Source: Chloroflexota bacterium
GTDB taxonomy: Bacteria > Chloroflexota > Dehalococcoidia > UBA2979
Direction: 5' to 3'
Assembly: GCA_027593235.1 (NCBI GenBank)
Contig: JAQCIU010000006.1
Span: 59,063-123,062, forward strand
Length of the DNA: 64,000 nucleotides
Positions within the stretch are counted from its first letter, which is position 1, and each line of letters opens with the position of its first letter. Positions 20,854 through 30,829 of this stretch are shown in pieces. The notes beneath the pieces were generated by a model, which was given only the letters and a program-made list of their open reading frames with translations, was not told the origin of the DNA and did no database searches. A program made the position numbers and the translations under genes.

Positions 20854-21661
20854 GATTCCAGACCTGGAGGCGGTGCGCAACTACCTGAAACCCAGGCTTC
20901 AGGATCGCGCCATCACCGCTACCGCCGCGCCCATCCCCTGGATCGTCCGCACCGGCGCCGATGGCCTCCAGGATCTGATCGGCCATCAGTTCGTCGACAT
21001 CCTCCGCCACGGCAAGTACCTGATCTTCAACCTCGATGACGGGCGCGTCCTCGTCATCAACGCGATGCTGACCGGCCGCTTCCACTGGAGCGAGACCGCC
21101 GATCGCAAGCCCGGCAAGCTCGCCGTCGTGCTCACGCTCGATGACGGTCACGAGCTCCGCTATTCGGACATGCGCCGCATGGGCCGCTTCTACCTCACCG
21201 ATCCCGATCACCTGGACGTGGTCCCGCAGTTCTCCACCATGGGCCCGGACGTCCTCGCCATCGACGAAGCCGAGTTCACGGCGCGCATCGCGAAGCGCCG
21301 CGGACAGATCAAGAACACCCTCACCAACCAGGAATTCGTCGCCGGCATCGGCAACGCCTACTCGGATGAGATCCTCTGGGAGGCCGGCCTCCACCACCAC
21401 CGCAAACGCAGCACCATGGACGACGATGACATCCATCGGCTCTTCGTCGCCATTCACACCATCCTCGATCGCTCATGCGAGACCGTCGATGCGATCGTTC
21501 AGAGCGAAGGACTCGGCAAGAAGGCCGAGTGGCGCGAACACCTGAGCGTCCACCGCAAGGCCGGCGAGGTCTGCCCGCGCTGCGGCTCGGAGATCAAAGG
21601 CCAGACCAGCGGTGGCAGCGAAACGAACTATTGCGTCCAGTGCCAGCCGCTGTTCGCGTGA
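20846..21661 (+). CDS. Fpg/Nei family DNA glycosylase
   Basis: N-terminal MPEIPD, RHGKYL, GIGNAYSDEIL (H2TH), C-terminal CPRC...CVQCQ zinc finger. Confidence 0.94.
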   Translation: MPEIPDLEAVRNYLKPRLQDRAITATAAPIPWIVRTGADGLQDLIGHQFVDILRHGKYLIFNLDDGRVLVINAMLTGRFHWSETADRKPGKLAVVLTLDDGHELRYSDMRRMGRFYLTDPDHLDVVPQFSTMGPDVLAIDEAEFTARIAKRRGQIKNTLTNQEFVAGIGNAYSDEILWEAGLHHHRKRSTMDDDDIHRLFVAIHTILDRSCETVDAIVQSEGLGKKAEWREHLSVHRKAGEVCPRCGSEIKGQTSGGSETNYCVQCQPLFA

Positions 21662-21677
21662 CGAAGCGGAGGCAGGC

Positions 21678-22382
21678 GTGAAAGTCATCGGCAAGGACAT
21701 CGGCACGGTGCTCGATCGGCTCTATGCCGAGGTGGAGAGCCGCGTCACCGTGGAGGCCGAACGCGAACTGCGGTTCGAAGCGGGCGCCGAAGGCAGCTTC
21801 TCCAACGTCATCTGGCGCGCCGACGGCGTCGTCATCCAGCTCCACAACGGCGTGCCCAACAAGGCGCTGCCGCACGTCGTCGGCATCGCGCTCGAGCACG
21901 TCCGCCAGCGCCTCGAGCGCTACCCCTCGCTCCAGCGCCCCGCCGTCGACGAGGCCGATGGACCGCTCCTTCGCAGCGCGCTCCGTGAGCTCGTCCTCGC
22001 GCCCGCCGCCGATCACGCCCTCAAGGCGCTCACCCTCGATGTCCAGTGGGAAGCCGAACAGCGCCACCAGGCGCTCAAGGATCTGATCCGCGATCACGCC
22101 GAATGGGACGATCCCGCCGAGTCCGGCCACGCCTTCCTCGTGCTGCTCTACGCCCGCGCCGCGATCGAGCACCCGGCCGAACTCTGGCCGGCCCTCGACG
22201 CCGCGTTCCAGGAAGCGCTGCCGCGCGTCACCGAGCACGGACGTGCCGTCGAGGAGGCGGTCCGCCGCCACGGCTGGACGAGCCCCGGTGCCTGCCTCGA
22301 ATCCCTGCTTGCCGCGCGTGCGCTGCTCGATCTGGACGCACTCGCGCCGATCCTCGATCGCCGCACCGGCCAGACGCTCTAG
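21678..22382 (+). CDS. Hypothetical protein
   Basis: GTG start after GGAGG, genome-typical codons, no recognisable family. Confidence 0.75.
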   Translation: MKVIGKDIGTVLDRLYAEVESRVTVEAERELRFEAGAEGSFSNVIWRADGVVIQLHNGVPNKALPHVVGIALEHVRQRLERYPSLQRPAVDEADGPLLRSALRELVLAPAADHALKALTLDVQWEAEQRHQALKDLIRDHAEWDDPAESGHAFLVLLYARAAIEHPAELWPALDAAFQEALPRVTEHGRAVEEAVRRHGWTSPGACLESLLAARALLDLDALAPILDRRTGQTL

Positions 22383-22472
22383 CCAGCCACCACCCAGCGG
22401 CGTTCCGTCCAACGAGGACCCGACGCGCCTCGATCGCCGCCGCCGGGGTCGGGGTCGGGGTCGGCACCGTCG

Positions 22473-23021
22473 CTAGGACGCCACCGCCGTCGAGGGATCC
22501 GGCTGGCGCCGCCAGCCCGCAATGAACGGCGTCCACTCGACGTAGCGTTGAAGATGCACCGCAAACAGCTCCGCCGGATGCGAGGACGGGCGCCGTGGCC
22601 AGCGCGCCAGCGGCATCTCCGCCTCGTCGGGGGTGCGGCCACCCTTGCGGTGATTGCAGCTCCGGCACGCCGCCACCAGGTTCTCCCAGGTATGCGGGCC
22701 GCCCCGGTGCCGAGGTACCACGTGGTCCAGCGTCAGATCGGCGCGCCGCCCGCAGTACTGGCAATGATTGCCGTCCCGCGCGAAAATCTCCCGCCGCGTC
22801 AGCCGCGGCTGGGGCTGCGGACGCCGTACGAACTGCTGCAATCGAATCACCGAGGGCGTATCAAACCGCGCGCTGCCCACCCCGCGGAGCTGTTCGGCGC
22901 CGGTCTCCAGTACCTCCGCTTTGCCGCGAAACACCAGCACCACCGCACGTCTGACCGAACAAACGTTGAGCGGTTCGTAGTTCTGATTGAGTACCAGCGC
23001 CCGTCGCTGGATCGCCACCAT
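22473..23021 (-). CDS. HNH endonuclease (HNH_5/McrA-like)
   Basis: LVLNQNYEPL, CQYCG, DHVVPRHRGG, WENLVAACRSCN. Confidence 0.94.
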   Translation of the reverse strand: MVAIQRRALVLNQNYEPLNVCSVRRAVVLVFRGKAEVLETGAEQLRGVGSARFDTPSVIRLQQFVRRPQPQPRLTRREIFARDGNHCQYCGRRADLTLDHVVPRHRGGPHTWENLVAACRSCNHRKGGRTPDEAEMPLARWPRRPSSHPAELFAVHLQRYVEWTPFIAGWRRQPDPSTAVAS

Positions 23022-23142
23022 GACCCCCGCGGATCCGGAGTGTCCCGACGCACCGTCAGACCAGCGCGACCGACATCCACATTCGCGGGAAGTGTAGCGG
23101 ATTCAGAAACGCGAGCGTGATTACTGACCGGGCGCTGACGAC

Positions 23143-23694
23143 CTACTCGTCGTCCATCAGATCCGCCACCGAGGCCGGTACCGTCGACTGCCACGCGCGC
23201 AGATGATCCAGCGCGTCATCGAACTCAGGCGGCAACGCCAACTCCATCACCGGTGCCCGCTCCAGGAACACAGGCGCCAGCGTCGATTCGTCGACCGCCG
23301 TCGCCATCATCGCCGATGCCGGGAACACCGAGACGGCGATCAACGCCACCTCCACCATCACGACGCCCTTCACAAACCCGAAGGCGGCGCCGCCGAGGTG
23401 GTCGAACGGCCCGAGCATGAAGAGGTGCGCCGTCCGGCGCAGCACGCTCGCCACGAGCTGTCCGAGGACCAGGATCCCCGCCAGCAGCGCGCCAAACGAC
23501 AGCAGATTGCGAATCGTCGCGTCGTCGATCAAAAACTCGAGGTTCGCGCTCAGCTCGTCGTAGAACAGGCCCGCGACCACGGCGCCTGCCAGCAACGCCG
23601 CCAGCGTCACCATCTCGCGGATCAGACCGCGGCTAAAGGCGGAAAACGTCACCCACGCGATGACAGCGACAATAACGAGGTCGAGCCAGTGCAT
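23143..23694 (-). CDS. CvpA family membrane protein
   Basis: MHWLDL..., RGLIRE, DHLGGAAFGFVKG. Confidence 0.9.
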   Translation of the reverse strand: MHWLDLVIVAVIAWVTFSAFSRGLIREMVTLAALLAGAVVAGLFYDELSANLEFLIDDATIRNLLSFGALLAGILVLGQLVASVLRRTAHLFMLGPFDHLGGAAFGFVKGVVMVEVALIAVSVFPASAMMATAVDESTLAPVFLERAPVMELALPPEFDDALDHLRAWQSTVPASVADLMDDE

Positions 23695-23780
23695 ACGCGC
23701 ACGCGCCCCAGTTCCCCCCGCCCGCAATCGGAGGGTAGCACCCACCGGCGCCTCATCGAACGAACTCGGACGTAGGGTTT

Positions 23781-24554
23781 CTACTCGAATCCGAGCCGGC
23801 GCTCCCGCATCGACACGTACCGCGCGTGACCGAATACGAGGTGGTCCAGCACCCGCACATCCAGCAGCTCACCCGCCGCCACCACCGCCGTCGTGAACGC
23901 CACGTCGTCGCTGGAAGGCGCCGGATCGCCGCTCGGGTGGTTGTGCGCCAGCGCGATCGCGAACGCGTTACGCCGGATCGCCTCGCGGAACACCTCCGCC
24001 ACCCGCGCTGGCGAGGCGTTGATCGACCCTCGATAGAGCGTCGGCTGCGCCAGCACGTGGTGCTTTGTGTCCAGGATCAGCAGCCGCACCTCTTCCTGTT
24101 GCAGCAGCTCCATCTCGGACTGCAACAGCCGCGCGATGTCCTCCGGTCCCGTCACCCGAGGGCGCAACACCTCGCCCTGCAACGCCGCGCGCCGCCCCAG
24201 CTCGAAGATCGCCGCAATCGTCGAAGCCTTCGCCGGGCCCAGCCCGTGCATCGCCGTCAGCGTCGGCAGATCGGATCCCGCCAGCCCCCGCAACCCACCG
24301 TGCTCCGCAAGCAACCGCGAGGCCGCCGCCAGCACATCCTCCCGCGCGGATCCCGTGCGCAGCACAATCGCCAGCAACTCCGCCGTCGTCAGCGCCCCCG
24401 GCCCGAGCTGCGCCAGCCGCTCCCGAGGCCGCTCCTGCGCCGGCAGCTCCGCCACACGGACGTGGTACGGCGCCTCCTCGGCTGACCCGCGCGCGGCATC
24501 GGCGCTGGCGGGGGTACTCGCCGCATCAGGCTCGCGGTCCGGCACGTCGGACAC
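23781..24554 (-). CDS. radC: RadC/JAB-domain protein
   Basis: ERPRERL, ELLAIVLRTG, GLGPAKA, AHNHPSGDPAPSSDD, LDHLV; start approximate. Confidence 0.95.
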   Translation of the reverse strand: MSDVPDREPDAASTPASADAARGSAEEAPYHVRVAELPAQERPRERLAQLGPGALTTAELLAIVLRTGSAREDVLAAASRLLAEHGGLRGLAGSDLPTLTAMHGLGPAKASTIAAIFELGRRAALQGEVLRPRVTGPEDIARLLQSEMELLQQEEVRLLILDTKHHVLAQPTLYRGSINASPARVAEVFREAIRRNAFAIALAHNHPSGDPAPSSDDVAFTTAVVAAGELLDVRVLDHLVFGHARYVSMRERRLGFE

Positions 24555-24564
24555 CCGGCGGTCG

Positions 24565-25023
24565 CTAGCGTCGCGGCTGGCGCTGGGGCGGCTCCACAAT
24601 CCGTTCGATCGTGATCACCCGCATCGTGTGCGGCCAGTGTCGGATCGACACCCGCTGGCCCTCATGCAGCTCCGTCGCGGCCAGCACGCCCACCTCGAAC
24701 ACCTGCCGCTCCAGCATCAGGTAGTCCTGGCGCCCGAAGATCAGCAGCTTCGATTTCTTCCAGATCCGGACCGCTTCGCCCTCGGTCGCCACCGGCTCCG
24801 CGCGCAGATCGCGCATCGCGGCGACGAACTCGTACACCACCGCGAACGCCACGATACCCAGCACCAGCACCGGTAGCACCGCGCCGGCATTGCCGCCCAC
24901 CAGCGCGTTCAGCGCCAGCAGCAGCAGGCCAACCACCACCAGCGAAGTCGGTCCGTAAATCACCGCATTACGAACAAGCATCCGCCGGTCAGACGGACGC
25001 TCTTCAATCATCTCCAGCGACAT
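24565..25023 (-). CDS. Hypothetical two-TM membrane protein
   Basis: Two hydrophobic helices then a beta-rich domain; between LysM gene and radC. Confidence 0.7.
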   Translation of the reverse strand: MSLEMIEERPSDRRMLVRNAVIYGPTSLVVVGLLLLALNALVGGNAGAVLPVLVLGIVAFAVVYEFVAAMRDLRAEPVATEGEAVRIWKKSKLLIFGRQDYLMLERQVFEVGVLAATELHEGQRVSIRHWPHTMRVITIERIVEPPQRQPRR

Positions 25024-25047
25024 CGGAGGCCCCGCAATCAATCCCCG

Positions 25048-25578
25048 CTATTGATCCGGAATCACCAGCACCTGGCCCACCTGGATCGACGTGATGTCCG
25101 CGATACCGTTCGCGGAAGCGATCGCCGTCGCAAACTCGTTCAGTTCGCGGTCGGTGGGCAGGAACTGCTCCGCAATCGCCAGCATCGTATCGCCGGAGAC
25201 CACCGTGTAGGTGACCTCGCTCGGTGTCGGCTCCGCCGTCGGTACCGTCGTCGCCGTCACCGTCTCCGTGGCGACCGGCGTCGCGGTCGCCGATCCGTCC
25301 GGCTTCGCCGCGGCCGTCGCTTCCGAGGTCGCCCCCGCTGTCGCGGTCGCCGTCGGCGAACTCACGATGCCGCTAATCGAGGCCGGCGGTCCGTCCTGAT
25401 CGGCGCCCACCGGCGGCAGCACAAGCAGCCACACGGCGAAAATCGAACCTAGCAGGAGAGCAATCAGGGAGCCTCGGTAGACCCGAGGTGAGGGCATGGC
25501 GAGCGACGGATCGAGCCCGCTCTCATCGAGCAGCTCATCCTCGGTCAGGTATCGATCGAGGTCGCGATCGTCGCTCAC
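25048..25578 (-). CDS. Membrane-anchored LysM protein
   Basis: TM helix, Thr/Ala/Pro linker, 'YTVVSGDTMLAIA...NGI...IQVGQVLVIP'. Confidence 0.9.
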   Translation of the reverse strand: MSDDRDLDRYLTEDELLDESGLDPSLAMPSPRVYRGSLIALLLGSIFAVWLLVLPPVGADQDGPPASISGIVSSPTATATAGATSEATAAAKPDGSATATPVATETVTATTVPTAEPTPSEVTYTVVSGDTMLAIAEQFLPTDRELNEFATAIASANGIADITSIQVGQVLVIPDQ

Positions 25579-25657
25579 GTCCCGAGCGTATCACGTGTCC
25601 CCGGCGCCGCCTCGACGCCGGGGACCGCTACGTCCCGAAATCCAGTTGCGCTCGCGC

Positions 25658-26035
25658 TTAGCTCAGCTCAACCGTCGCGCCGGCCTCTTCAAGCTTGGCC
25701 TTCGCCGCCTCGGCCTCGGCCTTGGCAACGCCTTCCTTGATCGGCTTCGGCGCGGCCTCAACCAGGTCCTTCGCGTCCTTCAGGCCCAGCGCCGTCAGCT
25801 CGCGGACAACCTTGATCACGTTGATCTTGTTCGCGCCGAAGTCCTTCAGGATGACGTCGAACTCATCCTTCTCCTCAACGGCGGCAGCGGCGTCACCTGC
25901 GGGAGCCATCGCCATCGCCATCGGGGCCGCGGCGGTCACGCCGAACTCTTCCTCGATCGCCTTGTTCAGGTCACGCAGCTCCAGCAGCGTCATGCCCTTG
26001 ATGACCTCGAGTGCGTCGTCAACCTTGCTCATCAT
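25658..26035 (-). CDS. rplL: 50S ribosomal protein L7/L12
   Basis: [30 protein letters not shown]. Confidence 0.98.
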   Translation of the reverse strand: MMSKVDDALEVIKGMTLLELRDLNKAIEEEFGVTAAAPMAMAMAPAGDAAAAVEEKDEFDVILKDFGANKINVIKVVRELTALGLKDAKDLVEAAPKPIKEGVAKAEAEAAKAKLEEAGATVELS

Positions 26036-26131
26036 CTGCCTCCTTCACCGGCTCCGCCGGTGGCTTTCAGAGTTCGCGCCGGCTCGCACCGGCGGATCAT
26101 CGCGTGAATCGTGTTCGCTCGAACGCAAGCC

Positions 26132-26671
26132 TTAGCTCGCCTCGCCCTCGGACTCCAACTGCACCGCACGGGCCTCAATCAGCCCAACAAACTCGCGGGC
26201 CGTCCCGTCCAACAGCATCATCAGCTCGCGGATCTTGCCAACCAGACCACCCGCGATACGGGACAACAGTTCCTCACGTGAGGGCACCGTCGCCAGATCG
26301 CGGATGTACGCCGCATCCACCAGCAAGCCATCCACAATCGCCTGGCGGATCTCCACCTTGGACGTGTCGTGCTCGCGCAGGTACGTCGTCAGCGCGCGCG
26401 ATGGGCCCACCGGCTCGTCGTACCCGAACACCACCGCCGTCGGCCCATCGGCCAGATCGGCGAACTGCTCCAGACCCGCGTCCTTCGCGGCAATCCGCAG
26501 CAGCGTGTTCTTCACCACCTTCATCTCGGCGCCCGCCTCGCGCAGCACTTGCCGCAACGCGACCTGCTCCGCAACGCTGGTGCCCTGGTAGCTCGTCGCA
26601 ATCGCGATCTGTGCGCGACCGATCAACTCGGTCAGCTCGGCTACCTGCTCAAGCTTCTTCGCGGTGGGCAT
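26132..26671 (-). CDS. rplJ: 50S ribosomal protein L10
   Basis: MPTAKK start after GGAGGA; VVKNTL; LATVPSREELL. Confidence 0.96.
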   Translation of the reverse strand: MPTAKKLEQVAELTELIGRAQIAIATSYQGTSVAEQVALRQVLREAGAEMKVVKNTLLRIAAKDAGLEQFADLADGPTAVVFGYDEPVGPSRALTTYLREHDTSKVEIRQAIVDGLLVDAAYIRDLATVPSREELLSRIAGGLVGKIRELMMLLDGTAREFVGLIEARAVQLESEGEAS

Positions 26672-26736
26672 CGGCCCTCCTCCGTGATGCCGGTCTCCCG
26701 GCTCGCCATTCCCATTCGTCAATGCTCGTCGGGCGT

Positions 26737-26880
26737 AAAAAAAACGCCCTCCCGCTGTGCGGTGAGGGCGCGTGTCCACGGGTGCCCGTCGGGCTCCCAC
26801 AGTCTCGCTTGTGCCCCACCTGTACAGGCCGCCCGGTTCGTTGGGCGTTATCCCTCGCGGGACCCGTAGTCTCTGGCGGT
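26737..26880 (-). promoter_or_regulatory. L10-leader-like autoregulatory RNA with attenuator terminator
   Basis: GAGACTACGGG...ATAA...CCTGTACAGG followed by a GC-rich hairpin (26745-26770) and U8 (26737-26744) upstream of rplJ. Confidence 0.75.
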
Positions 26881-26988
26881 CGCGCGACATTCGTCGCGCT
26901 GCTCGTCGTGTACACGGCCAGACCGAGGTCCAACCGGCTTCATAGTGTGCGGTCCCCGCCGCTTGCCGTCTACGGCACGGACCCAATC

Positions 26989-27070
26989 ACCCGAGGGCGT
27001 AGCCCTCTTCAGCAAGACCCGAGGGCGTAGCCCTCTTCAGCAAGACCCGAGGGGCGTAGCCCTCAGGCAG
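26989..27070. repeat. 28-bp tandem palindromic repeat (2 exact + 1 degenerate copy)
   Basis: ACCCGAGGGCGTAGCCCTCTTCAGCAAG at 26989 and 27017, variant at 27045; core GAGGGC-GTA-GCCCTC. Confidence 0.9.
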
Positions 27071-27123
27071 ACAGCCGATGGCACACCAGCGAACGACCGA
27101 GCAAACGACCGAAACCCGAGCGA

Positions 27124-27156
27124 CAAACAAACGACCCGCCTCGGCGGCGGGTCGTT
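27124..27156 (-). terminator. Intrinsic terminator after rplA
   Basis: AACGACCCGCC/GGCGGGTCGTT stem followed by a U-rich tail on the minus strand. Confidence 0.7.
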
Positions 27157-27210
27157 CGTAACGCCGAGGCGTCACGTCATTCGAGTGATGGTGCGCGCGT
27201 GGCGCGACCC

Positions 27211-27930
27211 TTACGAACCGGTCGCCGTCGCCATCGCCATCATCTGGTTCACGTCCATCGGCACGCCCGGCCCCATCGTGGAGGTCAGCGTCGCAGCGCG
27301 CAGGAAGGCGCCCTTCGTGCCCGTCGGCTTCGAGCGCACGATCTCTGAAACCATCGCTCGCAGGTTTCCCTCAAGCTGCTCCGGCGTGAATGACGCCTTG
27401 CCGATCGTGCAGTGCAGCAGGTTCATCCGGTCCAGCCGGAAGTCCACGCGGCCCGCCTTCGCCTCCTGCACGCCTCGCGCCAGGTCCTGACTGGACAGCA
27501 CCGTGCTGTTACGCGGGTTCGGCATCAGCCCGCGCGGGCCCAGGACGCGGCCCAGGCTACCAACTTTGCCCATCATCTCCCGCTGTGCCAGCGCGACATC
27601 AAAGGCAAGGTAGCCGTCGGCCACGCGAGCGATCAGATCGTCGCCGCCCACCTCGTCGGCCCCGGCCTCCATCGCCAGCGTCGCCGCTTCGCCCTCGGCG
27701 AACACCAGCACGCGCACCTCGCGGCCGATCCCGTTCGGCAGCACCACCGAGCCACGGATCTGCTGGTCCGCGTGACGGCCGTCCAGCCCCGTGCGCAGGT
27801 GCAGTTCAACGGTCTCGTCGAACTTCGCTGTTGCGTTCTGCTTCACCAGTTCCACCGCGGCGAGCGGCTCGTAGAGGCGCTCCTCAACGTTCGCACGCGC
27901 GGCAACGGTTCGCTTTCCCAGTTTCGGCAT
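27211..27930 (-). CDS. rplA: 50S ribosomal protein L1
   Basis: KFDETVE, LGPRGLMPNP, STMGPG. Confidence 0.98.
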   Translation of the reverse strand: MPKLGKRTVAARANVEERLYEPLAAVELVKQNATAKFDETVELHLRTGLDGRHADQQIRGSVVLPNGIGREVRVLVFAEGEAATLAMEAGADEVGGDDLIARVADGYLAFDVALAQREMMGKVGSLGRVLGPRGLMPNPRNSTVLSSQDLARGVQEAKAGRVDFRLDRMNLLHCTIGKASFTPEQLEGNLRAMVSEIVRSKPTGTKGAFLRAATLTSTMGPGVPMDVNQMMAMATATGS

Positions 27931-27932
27931 GA

Positions 27933-28355
27933 CTACTTGACCTCAATCCCCATCGAGCGCGCCGTGCCCTCGACGATTCGCATTGCCTGATCAATGTCAT
28001 CGGTGTTCAGGTCCGGCAGCTTCGTCTCGGCAATCTTCCGCACCTGCGCGCGGTTCACCGAACCCACCATCTGCTGGAGCTGGCTCGCCGATCCGCGCTC
28101 AACCCCCGCCGCCTTACGCAGCAGGTCGGACGCTGGAGGCGTCTTCAACACGAAGTTGAAGGACCGATCCTCGAAGATCGTAATCCGCGCCGGGATGATC
28201 TGCCCGGGCGTATCGCGCGTCTGCTCGTTGTACGCCTTGCAGAAATCCATGATGTTGATGCCGTGTGGGCCCAGTGCCGTACCAACCGGCGGTGCCGGGT
28301 TTGCCAGACCAGCACGAATCTGCAGCGTAACCACCGCTCGAACCTTCTTCGCCAT
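27933..28355 (-). CDS. rplK: 50S ribosomal protein L11
   Basis: [19 protein letters not shown]. Confidence 0.98.
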   Translation of the reverse strand: MAKKVRAVVTLQIRAGLANPAPPVGTALGPHGINIMDFCKAYNEQTRDTPGQIIPARITIFEDRSFNFVLKTPPASDLLRKAAGVERGSASQLQQMVGSVNRAQVRKIAETKLPDLNTDDIDQAMRIVEGTARSMGIEVK

Positions 28356-28420
28356 CTCGCCTCACCAACACCCGGCCGCGAATCAGTCGCAGCCGCCTCT
28401 CCATACGGGCAAACCCGTTG

Positions 28421-29029
28421 TTATTGCTTCTCGACCTGCAGGAAGTCCAGCTCCACCGGTGTATCCCGGCCGAACATGGACACCATCACACGGACGCGAC
28501 CACGATCCAGATCGATCGTGTCGACCGTCCCGATCATCTCGCTGAATGGACCGTCGGTGACCAGCACCGTCTCGCCCACCTGGAACCCAATGTTGATCCG
28601 CGGCGCTGCAGAATGCATCTGCCGCAGGATTTGCTCCACCTCGGCGTCAGGAAGCGCCGTCGGCTTCGCGCGCTCGTCCATCGTCGTACCGGCGAAGCCC
28701 GTCACACCGGGCGTGTTCCGCACCACATACCAGGACTCATCGTCCATCAGCATTTGGACAAACACATAGCCGGGGAACAGCTTCTTCGAAACCGTCTTGC
28801 GCTGGCCGTCGCGAATCTCGATCTCATCCTCGGTCGGAACCACCACCTGGTGGATCCGCTCGGACATGTCCATCGACTTGATTCGCTGTTCCAGGTCGAC
28901 CTTCACCTTGTTCTCGTACCCGGAGTACGTCTGAACGATGTACCAGGCGCGGCCATCCTTGACCTCGACATCGACGTCGGCGTTCGCCGCGTCGTCTGTC
29001 GCCTGTGCTGATAGCGGTTCGGGTGCCAT
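28421..29029 (-). CDS. nusG: Transcription factor NusG
   Basis: WYIVQTYSGYE, FPGYV, VRNTPGVTGF, KOW, MFGRDTPVEL. Confidence 0.97.
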   Translation of the reverse strand: MAPEPLSAQATDDAANADVDVEVKDGRAWYIVQTYSGYENKVKVDLEQRIKSMDMSERIHQVVVPTEDEIEIRDGQRKTVSKKLFPGYVFVQMLMDDESWYVVRNTPGVTGFAGTTMDERAKPTALPDAEVEQILRQMHSAAPRINIGFQVGETVLVTDGPFSEMIGTVDTIDLDRGRVRVMVSMFGRDTPVELDFLQVEKQ

Positions 29030-29037
29030 GGTCGCTC

Positions 29038-29364
29038 CTACCGCAGGATCGTTTGTTCGACGAACCAGCCAAACGCGAGGTCCGCGACACCGAGGACCAC
29101 GCCAATGGCCACCGACACCACGATCACCACGAAGGACAGGTATCCCACCTCCTGGCGGGATGGCCACGTGACCTTGCGCAGCTCACTGATGATGTCCGTG
29201 ATCCACGTCGGGCGGAACAACGATCCGCGTCGTCGGGCGGGATCAACGTGAGCAGAAGTGGACGGCAGCCCGGCCGGATTCCCGGACGCGCGCGTACCGC
29301 TTTTGGTCTGTCGTTGCTGTCGTCGTTCCGCTCGGGCTTGAGCCCGGCGAGCCTCTCGGCCCAT
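29038..29364 (-). CDS. secE: Preprotein translocase subunit SecE
   Basis: ELRKVTWPSR + TM helix; upstream of nusG. Confidence 0.93.
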   Translation of the reverse strand: MGREARRAQARAERRQQRQTKSGTRASGNPAGLPSTSAHVDPARRRGSLFRPTWITDIISELRKVTWPSRQEVGYLSFVVIVVSVAIGVVLGVADLAFGWFVEQTILR

Positions 29365-29456
29365 CGTCGCCGCTCCTGCCACCGCGGGGTCGTCCGAAGC
29401 GGAACCGCTGGTTCGCGGCGCCGCTTCCGCGAACCAGCGAGTGTGTCTCGTCCGGT

Positions 29457-29621
29457 CTAGCGAGTCTCCCGGAAAACCTGCACAGTGCGGGTCTTCGGGC
29501 AGTACTTGCGCAATTCAATGCGGTCCGGGTCGTTCCGCTTGTTCTTCTTCGTATGGTAAACGACACCCGGGCAGTCGTTGCTGACCAATTTGATGTGGTC
29601 TCGATCGCCCTTTTTCGCCAT
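29457..29621 (-). CDS. rpmG: 50S ribosomal protein L33
   Basis: Hand translation MAKKGDRDHIKLVSNDCPGVVYHTKKNKRNDPDRIELRKYCPKTRTVQVFRETR; canonical tuf-rpmG-secE position. Confidence 0.95.
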   Translation of the reverse strand: MAKKGDRDHIKLVSNDCPGVVYHTKKNKRNDPDRIELRKYCPKTRTVQVFRETR

Positions 29622-29629
29622 CGAATCCC

Positions 29630-30829
29630 CTACTCGGTAATTTCGATCACGATGCCGGAACCAACCGTGCGCCCACCCTCGCGAATCGCGAATCGCAGAC
29701 CGGTCTCAATCGCGATCGGTGACACCAGCTCAATCGCCAGCTCCACGTCATCGCCCGGCATCACCATCTCCGTGCCCTCGGGCAGCGTTGCCGTCCCCGT
29801 CACGTCCGTCGTGCGGACGTAGAACTGCGGACGGTAGCCGTTGAAGAACGGCGTGTGACGGCCGCCTTCTTCCTTGGACAACACGTAGACCTGACCACGG
29901 AATTTCTGGTGAGGCGTAATCGAACCGGGCGCCGCCAGTACCTGGCCACGCTCGATGTCCTCACGCTCAATACCGCGCAGCAGGCAGCCGACGTTGTCGC
30001 CAGCCTCGCCCGTCGTCAGCGTCTTGTTGAACATCTCGACACCGGTCACGGTCGTCGTGTGCGTCGGCTTCAGGCCGACGATCTCGATCGACTCGCCGAC
30101 CTTCACCACACCGCGCTCGATGCGGCCGGTCACCACGGTACCGCGGCCCTTGATGCCGAACACGTCCTCGATCGCCATCAGGAATGGCTGATCCTTCGCG
30201 CGCTCCGGCTGCGGGATGTACTCGTCGACCGCCTTCATCAGGGCCAGGATCGGCGCGAACTCCGGTGCGTTCAGATCGGTTGACTCGGACTCCAGCGCTG
30301 CAAGCGCGGAACCACGAACGATCGGAACGTCGTCACCCGGGAACTCGTACTCGGTCAGCAGTTCGCGCATCTCAAGCTCAACCAGCTCAAGCAACTCTTC
30401 GTCATCCATCATGTCGACCTTGTTCAGGAAGACCACGATGTTCGGCACCTCGACCTGACGCGCAAGCAGCAGGTGCTCGCGGGTCTGCGGCATCGGACCG
30501 TCCGGGGCGGCGACCACCAGGATCGCTCCGTCCATCTGGGCGGCGCCGGTAATCATGTTCTTGATGTAGTCGGCGTGCCCGGGGCAGTCCACGTGGGCGT
30601 AGTGACGGGCAGCCGTCTGATACTCCACGTGCGTGATGGCGATGGTGATACCACGCGCCTTCTCTTCCGGCGCGTTGTCGATCTGCTCGAACGAACGGAA
30701 GTCCGCGCCACCCTGCAACGAGAGCACTTTCGTGATCGCCGCAGTCAGCGTCGTCTTGCCGTGGTCGACGTGACCGATCGTGCCGATGTTGGCGTGTGGC
30801 TTGTCTCGCTGGAAAACAGCCTTACCCAT
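29630..30829 (-). CDS. tuf: Elongation factor Tu
   Basis: [28 protein letters not shown]. Confidence 0.99.
   Translation of the reverse strand: MGKAVFQRDKPHANIGTIGHVDHGKTTLTAAITKVLSLQGGADFRSFEQIDNAPEEKARGITIAITHVEYQTAARHYAHVDCPGHADYIKNMITGAAQMDGAILVVAAPDGPMPQTREHLLLARQVEVPNIVVFLNKVDMMDDEELLELVELEMRELLTEYEFPGDDVPIVRGSALAALESESTDLNAPEFAPILALMKAVDEYIPQPERAKDQPFLMAIEDVFGIKGRGTVVTGRIERGVVKVGESIEIVGLKPTHTTTVTGVEMFNKTLTTGEAGDNVGCLLRGIEREDIERGQVLAAPGSITPHQKFRGQVYVLSKEEGGRHTPFFNGYRPQFYVRTTDVTGTATLPEGTEMVMPGDDVELAIELVSPIAIETGLRFAIREGGRTVGSGIVIEITE

Noticed and set aside
22445-22464. (GGGGTC)x3 repeat between convergent genes
   Set aside because: Short and plausible by chance at this GC content; no supporting context
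22473-24554. HNH + RadC as a mobile or defence island
   Set aside because: Both are full-length housekeeping-type forms with host-like composition; no integrase, transposase or att repeats seen
26989-27070. Possible mini-CRISPR array
   Set aside because: Repeats are contiguous with no spacers, and no cas genes are in the window
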